A model generated the notes under the pieces. The model saw nothing but the letters and a program-made list of their open reading frames with translations. It was not told the origin of the DNA and ran no database searches. From an uncultured bacterium (GTDB taxonomy: Bacteria > Krumholzibacteriota > Krumholzibacteriia > Krumholzibacteriales > Krumholzibacteriaceae): a stretch of DNA of 11,032 nucleotides. Position numbers and translations under genes: made by a program. Of the stretch, positions 6,550 through 11,032 are shown piece by piece. Position 1 is the stretch's first letter, and each line of letters opens with the position of its first letter. The stretch spans positions 1-11,032 of the forward strand of contig CAWFAD010000015.1 of assembly GCA_963813815.1 (NCBI GenBank), read 5' to 3'.

Positions 6550-6807
6550 ATGGGCTATTTTGTCAGCGACGGGGTTGGCCTGACTATTGCTTTGCTGAAC
6601 ACGGCGACTTTCGTTACGCTCTGCTACGCGTTTCTCAGGGCGGTCGAGGAGAGGAGCAGGGTGCTCCACGCGCTCGATAAGATCTATGCGCCGGCGCTCT
6701 CGCCCTTGCGGCGAATTCTCCCGGCGTGGAAGATCGACATCGCCTCCCTCATTCTCGCCGCCGCGTTGCAGGTTGTGGCGTTCATGATCAAGAGGCACTC
6801 GCTCTAA
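6550..6807 (+). CDS. yggT: YggT/YlmG family membrane protein (divergent)
   Basis: 'LDKIYAPALSPLRRILPAWKIDIASLIL' matches the YGGT signature (L...T.P.L.P.RR..P....D.S.I.), flanked by two hydrophobic segments. Its position between yggS and divIVA is the usual one. Confidence 0.8.
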   Translation: MGYFVSDGVGLTIALLNTATFVTLCYAFLRAVEERSRVLHALDKIYAPALSPLRRILPAWKIDIASLILAAALQVVAFMIKRHSL

Positions 6808-6828
6808 GGGCGACGAGGAGGCAGCGCG

Positions 6829-8097
6829 ATGCGAATCACTCCGCTCGATATCAGAAAGCAAGAATTCAAGAGAGTCATGCGCGGGCTCGACGTCGACGAG
6901 GTTCACGCGTTTCTCAATACGGTCGCGGAGGAATACGAAGCCGTTCTCTCGGACAACAAAAATCTTCGCGAGAAGATCGTCGCGATCGAGGAGCGCCTCA
7001 ACGAATACAAGAGCATCGAGATGAATCTGCGCAACACGCTGCTCACGGCGGAGAAGCTCACGCAGGAGGCCAAGGACAACGCCCGCCGCGAGGCGAGTCT
7101 CATCGTGCGCCAGGCGGAGATGGAAGCCGAGAAGGCCGCCGATGGGATCCGCTCGCACACGGCGCAGCTTCGCCGGGAGATCCTCGAGCTCAAGAAGAAC
7201 AAGGACAACTATCTCTCGCGCCTCAGGACCCTCATCGAAGGCAACGCCCGGATGCTCGAAGGGTATGCCGAGGATTTCGCCGGCGTCGATCAGGCGATCG
7301 AGAGGATCGGCAAGCAGGTCGAGGAGGACGCGAGCCGCCCCGCGGCGCCGAACCGCATGAGCCGCGACAAGATCACGCAGGATTTCGGACATGAGCCGAA
7401 GGACAAGGTCACGTGGGGGGACGAGCGCCGGGTCGAGGAGGAGCCGCGTCCGCAGATGCCGCGGCCGGCCGGCGAGCGGGGCGAATCTCAGGACCGGAGG
7501 CCGAAGCCGCCCGAGAGCGCGAACGCATTCGCGGCGCCGCGCATGGCTCCCGCCTCGGACGAGCCGCCCCGCGCCCAGCAGCGCCCCGACGAGTCCGTCC
7601 GGCGTCCGGAGCCGAGACCGGCTCAGCCGGCGGAGCAGATGAGAATGGAGCCGATGACCGGCGCGTCGGGCGTCGGGACGAGCGCCCCCGAGCGGCCGGA
7701 GCCCGCGGCGGGCGCCGCGCCCCAGCCCCCGCAGGACGACTGGCGCGGCTACGAGGTTCGCAAGCAGGCGGTCGACTGGAAGAGCTACGTGATTCCGGAG
7801 AAGGCCGCGCCGGAGCAATCCGCGCCGCCGCCGAAGCCGGTCTCGCCGCTCGACGCCGAGCTCGACAACGCCCTCTCGAGCCTCCAGGAAGCGGCGGGCA
7901 AGGCGGAGCTTCCTCCGCAGCCGCGCCGCGAGCCGCAGCAGGCCCAGCGTCAGGCCCCGCCGCAGGCCGCCGCGGCGCCGCCGAAACCGCGGCCGGAGCC
8001 CGTGAGCGCGGAAACGACGAGCGATCAAACGTGGTCGATGGACGATCTCCGCCGCAATCTCTCGAATCTCTCTCAGGATGAAGGAAATAAAAGCTAG
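6829..8097 (+). CDS. divIVA: DivIVA-domain protein with a long Pro/Ala/Glu/Gln-rich C-terminal extension
   Basis: The N-terminus 'MRITPLDIRKQEFKRVMRGLDVDEVHAFLNTVAEEYE' is the DivIVA signature. Coiled coil ('LRNTLLTAEK...A..EA.LIV..AE.EA') runs to aa ~165 and low complexity follows. SD GAGGAGG lies upstream. Confidence 0.92.
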   Translation: MRITPLDIRKQEFKRVMRGLDVDEVHAFLNTVAEEYEAVLSDNKNLREKIVAIEERLNEYKSIEMNLRNTLLTAEKLTQEAKDNARREASLIVRQAEMEAEKAADGIRSHTAQLRREILELKKNKDNYLSRLRTLIEGNARMLEGYAEDFAGVDQAIERIGKQVEEDASRPAAPNRMSRDKITQDFGHEPKDKVTWGDERRVEEEPRPQMPRPAGERGESQDRRPKPPESANAFAAPRMAPASDEPPRAQQRPDESVRRPEPRPAQPAEQMRMEPMTGASGVGTSAPERPEPAAGAAPQPPQDDWRGYEVRKQAVDWKSYVIPEKAAPEQSAPPPKPVSPLDAELDNALSSLQEAAGKAELPPQPRREPQQAQRQAPPQAAAAPPKPRPEPVSAETTSDQTWSMDDLRRNLSNLSQDEGNKS

Positions 8098-8371
8098 AGA
8101 CGACGCGCGAATCAGCTTCCGCGTCAGAGTGCAACCGTCCGCCCCTCGAAACGAGCTCCTCGGCTGGAACACGGCCGGGGAGCTTCGTGTTAAGGTGGCG
8201 GCCCCGCCGCGCGAAGGCGAAGCGAACGCCGAGATCGTCAGATTTTTCGCGAAGCGTTTCGGGGTGGCGAGGCGCGAGATCGTTGTCGAGTCGGGCGGCG
8301 GGTCGCGAAGCAAGGTGCTCTCGGCGCCCGCGTCGATCGCCGCGGCCCTGCGGGCGCTCCCCGAAGTCTAG
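8078..8371 (+). CDS. yggU: DUF167 / UPF0235 (YggU) family protein
   Basis: '[14 protein letters not shown]...[28 protein letters not shown]...[11 protein letters not shown]' is the DUF167 signature. It overlaps the divIVA end by 20 nt, in the typical synteny. Confidence 0.92.
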   Translation: MKEIKARDDARISFRVRVQPSAPRNELLGWNTAGELRVKVAAPPREGEANAEIVRFFAKRFGVARREIVVESGGGSRSKVLSAPASIAAALRALPEV

Positions 8372-11031
8372 CTTCGCGACGGCTTGATCGTGGCGACTCG
8401 CGCCGCGGCGTCGATGAGCTCGGGGATGTCGGGATCGGCTTCCGAATAGTATTCCAGAAATTTTCGGTAATGTTCGAGCGCCCCTGCGCTCTTGCCTTGC
8501 CTCTCGAGGAGCTTCGCGATGCGGTATTCGTAGCGGGGATTGAGGATCCGCCTCTCCTTGCCCGCCGGGTCGAAGACGAGGAGCTTCCCGTACTCGGCTA
8601 TCGCCCGGTCCAGGTCGCCCTTGGCGGCGCATGCCCTCGGCACGACGTCCAACTCGAACGGCACGTAGGCGTAAAACAGAGCCGGTCCCGAATCCGGCAC
8701 GTACGGCTCGAGCTCCTTGCTCCCGCAACGAATCGCATCGCGCGGGAGTCCTTCCGCGAGCAAGATCTCGGCTTTGAGGGCGGCCGCGCGGTTGGCCATG
8801 CTCTTGGCTCTTTCCTGCTCTTTCGAGCGCACCCCCGATTTCAGATCCAGGAGCCTCGTGAGCCTCGTTCGGGCCGCCGGGAGATCGCCCGTCGCCACCT
8901 CGATAAACCCGACGTAGCATTCCCGGAAAGCGACGTCATTCGGGGATTCGATCCGCGAGAAGCGTTCGGCGCCCAGATCCCCTTCGAGGACCGAGCGCGC
9001 CTCTTCGAGCCGGCCCCAGTGATAGAGCACATGCCCTTCGATGTGCTTGGAGACGAGCAGCATGTTTGAAATACCGGTCGAGTCGGCGATCTCGAACGCC
9101 CGCCGGGCGTCCCGCAGCGCTTGCCCGCGTTGCCCGCTGCATGAACGGTAGATGGCCTTCCAGCAATAGTCGCTGATGAGCTTCCCCGGTTCGATCCCCG
9201 CCTGCATGTGACTCTCGATCCATCGAATCGCCCCGCGGAAATCCCCGCGCATGCCGCACAGATACGCGAGCATGACGGCGGAGTCTATGTCGGGTTTCAG
9301 CGCATTCGCCCTTTCGTACATGCGGGCGGCATCGGCGAGCCTGCCCATCCGGAAGTACGCCTCTCCCATCGAATCGTACGGATTCCCGTCGGAGGGACAG
9401 AGCTCGCTGTATCGCCGGAAGAGCTCGAGCGCCTTGTCGTAATTTTCCATGGCGAGGTGCACGTACGCGAGATCGTTGAGAGAGATGCCGAATGTCGGAT
9501 CGAGCTCGAGGGCGCGCTCATGGTACGAGACGGCTTCGCGATACATCTTCCTCCGGCGGTACGTGACGCCGAGGGTATAGCACATGAGCTTCTCGCGCGG
9601 ATATTTCTCGAGAAGCTCCCGACCTATGCGTATCTCCTCGTCGGAGTCTTTATTAACCCGCCCGGCGTACCCCGATTCGATATATAAACGCTCGCGCTCC
9701 GTCGCCTTGCCGGAGTGGGAAAAGGCTTTCTTAAATGCTTCGAGGGCATCGGTCTCGTTAAAGGAACCGCGGTACGCCTCTCCAAGAAAGAGGTAGGCGA
9801 CGGCGAACGTCGAATCTATCTCGACGGCCCTCTCGAATGCCCGTATCGCCTCTCCGAAGTAGAACCGCTCGAGGGCGTCAGTTCCTTTGAGATAATAGGT
9901 ATACGCTTCGACCGAGGAGGTGGTCACATCGACAAGCGGACGCTGCGTCTCCGCGATCTTGCGCTCGGAGAGGCCGACGCCGCGGGATATCTGCTTGCTG
10001 AGCTTGTCCACCTGCTCGGGAATGCTCTCGAGTCCGCGTCCATCGGCGTTCGCGACGGCGAGGCTCCCCTTCGAGTCGACGTCGAGCACCTTTATGTCGA
10101 TCACGAACCTGTCGCCGAGCTTCGTGAAGGAGCCGATGACGAGCGCGTCGATCTTCTCGCGGCGGCAGATCTCGAACCCGAGGTCGGCGTCGATCTCCTC
10201 GACGCTCCGCTTCCCGGTCTGCTTGGCGAGGTCGCGGAGCCGCTCCCACGTGGCGACCTGCAGGTACTTCGATTGCTCGAGGCTCGTGATGAGGAGGTTC
10301 GGGATGACCTTCTTGAGGTTGTCGTACTGCGGATCGCCGGTCTGGTTCTCGAAGGTGATGACGGCGACGGGATGGCGCTCGGTGGCGATGGCGCCGCCGA
10401 AGAGCACGGGTCTGAGAAAGACGAACGCGGCGACCGCCGCGGCGGCGACGCAGAGGGGAACGAGTATCTTCGCGAGCCGCCTCTTCGGAGGCTTCGCTGG
10501 GGCCGCCGCCTCGAAGGATGCTCCGGGGCGGGGTGTCGCGCCCGCGGCCGCCATCCGCGACGCTGCGCCCGCCTCGAGGCTTTTTCTCAGAGCGCGCAGG
10601 TCGGCCGCGAGCTCGTCCGCGTGCTGGTAGCGCTCGGACGGGTCCTTCGCGAGCGCCTTTGCCGCGATCCGCTCGATCTCCATCGGAACGTTGGAGCGAA
10701 GGGCCGTCATCGGTTCGGGCGCCTCGTTCATGATCGAGTAGAGCACGGCCTGCTCGTAATCGCCGCGGAAGGGGAGACGCCCCGTGACCATCTCGTAGAG
10801 GATCGCGCCGAGCGACCAGAGATCGCTTCGGCGGTCCGCCTCCTTGCCGCGCGCCTGCTCGGGGGACATGTAGGCGACCGTTCCGAGCGTCGTCCCTTCC
10901 TTGGTGAGCATGGTCCGGCCCGAGAGCTTCGCGAGACCGAAGTCCATGATCTTGACGAGGCCCTCCGGCGCCACCATGACGTTCGCGGGCTTGACGTCGC
11001 GGTGAACGACGCCCTTGCGGTGCGCCGCCTC
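8368..11031 (-). CDS. Hanks-type Ser/Thr protein kinase with TM helix, TolB_N/CsgG-like domain and TPR repeats (5'-truncated by the window edge)
   Basis: The frame stays open to the window end and reads '[31 protein letters not shown]...[13 protein letters not shown]...[21 protein letters not shown]'. Hydrophobic segment '[18 protein letters not shown]' follows KPPKRR. '[12 protein letters not shown]...NLLITSL' is TolB_N-like. TPRs include '[16 protein letters not shown]', '[16 protein letters not shown]' and '[14 protein letters not shown]'. ATG 10977 in the ORF track is internal. Confidence 0.95.
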   Translation of the reverse strand, partial: EAAHRKGVVHRDVKPANVMVAPEGLVKIMDFGLAKLSGRTMLTKEGTTLGTVAYMSPEQARGKEADRRSDLWSLGAILYEMVTGRLPFRGDYEQAVLYSIMNEAPEPMTALRSNVPMEIERIAAKALAKDPSERYQHADELAADLRALRKSLEAGAASRMAAAGATPRPGASFEAAAPAKPPKRRLAKILVPLCVAAAAVAAFVFLRPVLFGGAIATERHPVAVITFENQTGDPQYDNLKKVIPNLLITSLEQSKYLQVATWERLRDLAKQTGKRSVEEIDADLGFEICRREKIDALVIGSFTKLGDRFVIDIKVLDVDSKGSLAVANADGRGLESIPEQVDKLSKQISRGVGLSERKIAETQRPLVDVTTSSVEAYTYYLKGTDALERFYFGEAIRAFERAVEIDSTFAVAYLFLGEAYRGSFNETDALEAFKKAFSHSGKATERERLYIESGYAGRVNKDSDEEIRIGRELLEKYPREKLMCYTLGVTYRRRKMYREAVSYHERALELDPTFGISLNDLAYVHLAMENYDKALELFRRYSELCPSDGNPYDSMGEAYFRMGRLADAARMYERANALKPDIDSAVMLAYLCGMRGDFRGAIRWIESHMQAGIEPGKLISDYCWKAIYRSCSGQRGQALRDARRAFEIADSTGISNMLLVSKHIEGHVLYHWGRLEEARSVLEGDLGAERFSRIESPNDVAFRECYVGFIEVATGDLPAARTRLTRLLDLKSGVRSKEQERAKSMANRAAALKAEILLAEGLPRDAIRCGSKELEPYVPDSGPALFYAYVPFELDVVPRACAAKGDLDRAIAEYGKLLVFDPAGKERRILNPRYEYRIAKLLERQGKSAGALEHYRKFLEYYSEADPDIPELIDAAARVATIKPSRS

Positions 11032-11032
11032 G

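Noticed and set aside
3275..6583. 1102-aa plus-strand ORF
   Set aside because: It is the antisense shadow of the OPT gene running on in an alternative frame over yggS. The R/A/G/D-rich composition has no motifs, as expected from stop-codon scarcity at high GC.
10975..10977. ATG 10977 as the kinase start
   Set aside because: The frame continues upstream through the HRDVKPAN catalytic loop to the window edge, so the gene is truncated by the window.
305..11032. Frequent CTCGAG / TCGA / GATC words as a dispersed repeat or binding site
   Set aside because: They are explained by codon preference (CTC-GAG Leu-Glu, ATC-GAN, GTC-GAN) and show no positional pattern.

Overview
High-GC bacterial window. 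The gene set (DivIVA-containing yggS cluster plus a membrane kinase-TPR protein) suggests a diderm candidate-phylum organism, but that is only an impression. From left to right: (1) ORF 20..505, which looks like an in-frame chimera. About 95 codons are the N-terminus of a class I/II PLP aminotransferase with foreign codon usage, joined at ~304/305 to the extreme C-terminus of a membrane-anchored CHAT (caspase-like) domain protein. (2) Overlapping it, a single polypeptide carrying an ECF sigma factor, a zinc-binding anti-sigma (HxxxCxxC) domain, a TM helix and an extracytoplasmic beta-domain. (3) An M24 Xaa-Pro peptidase behind a clear sigma70 promoter. (4) A small K+-channel-like 2TM protein with a non-canonical filter. 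(5) A convergent OPT-family transporter. (6) Divergent from it, a yggS-yggT-divIVA-DUF167 cluster whose DivIVA has a ~250 aa disordered tail. (7) A 5'-truncated Hanks-type Ser/Thr kinase-TM-TolB_N-like-TPR receptor. The best candidate for an undescribed system is the CHAT protease paired with the membrane-tethered sigma/anti-sigma fusion, a possible protease-released one-component ECF switch. Most of the CHAT gene is missing, so its catalytic activity cannot be judged here. No CRISPR array, tRNA/rRNA or IS element was seen.
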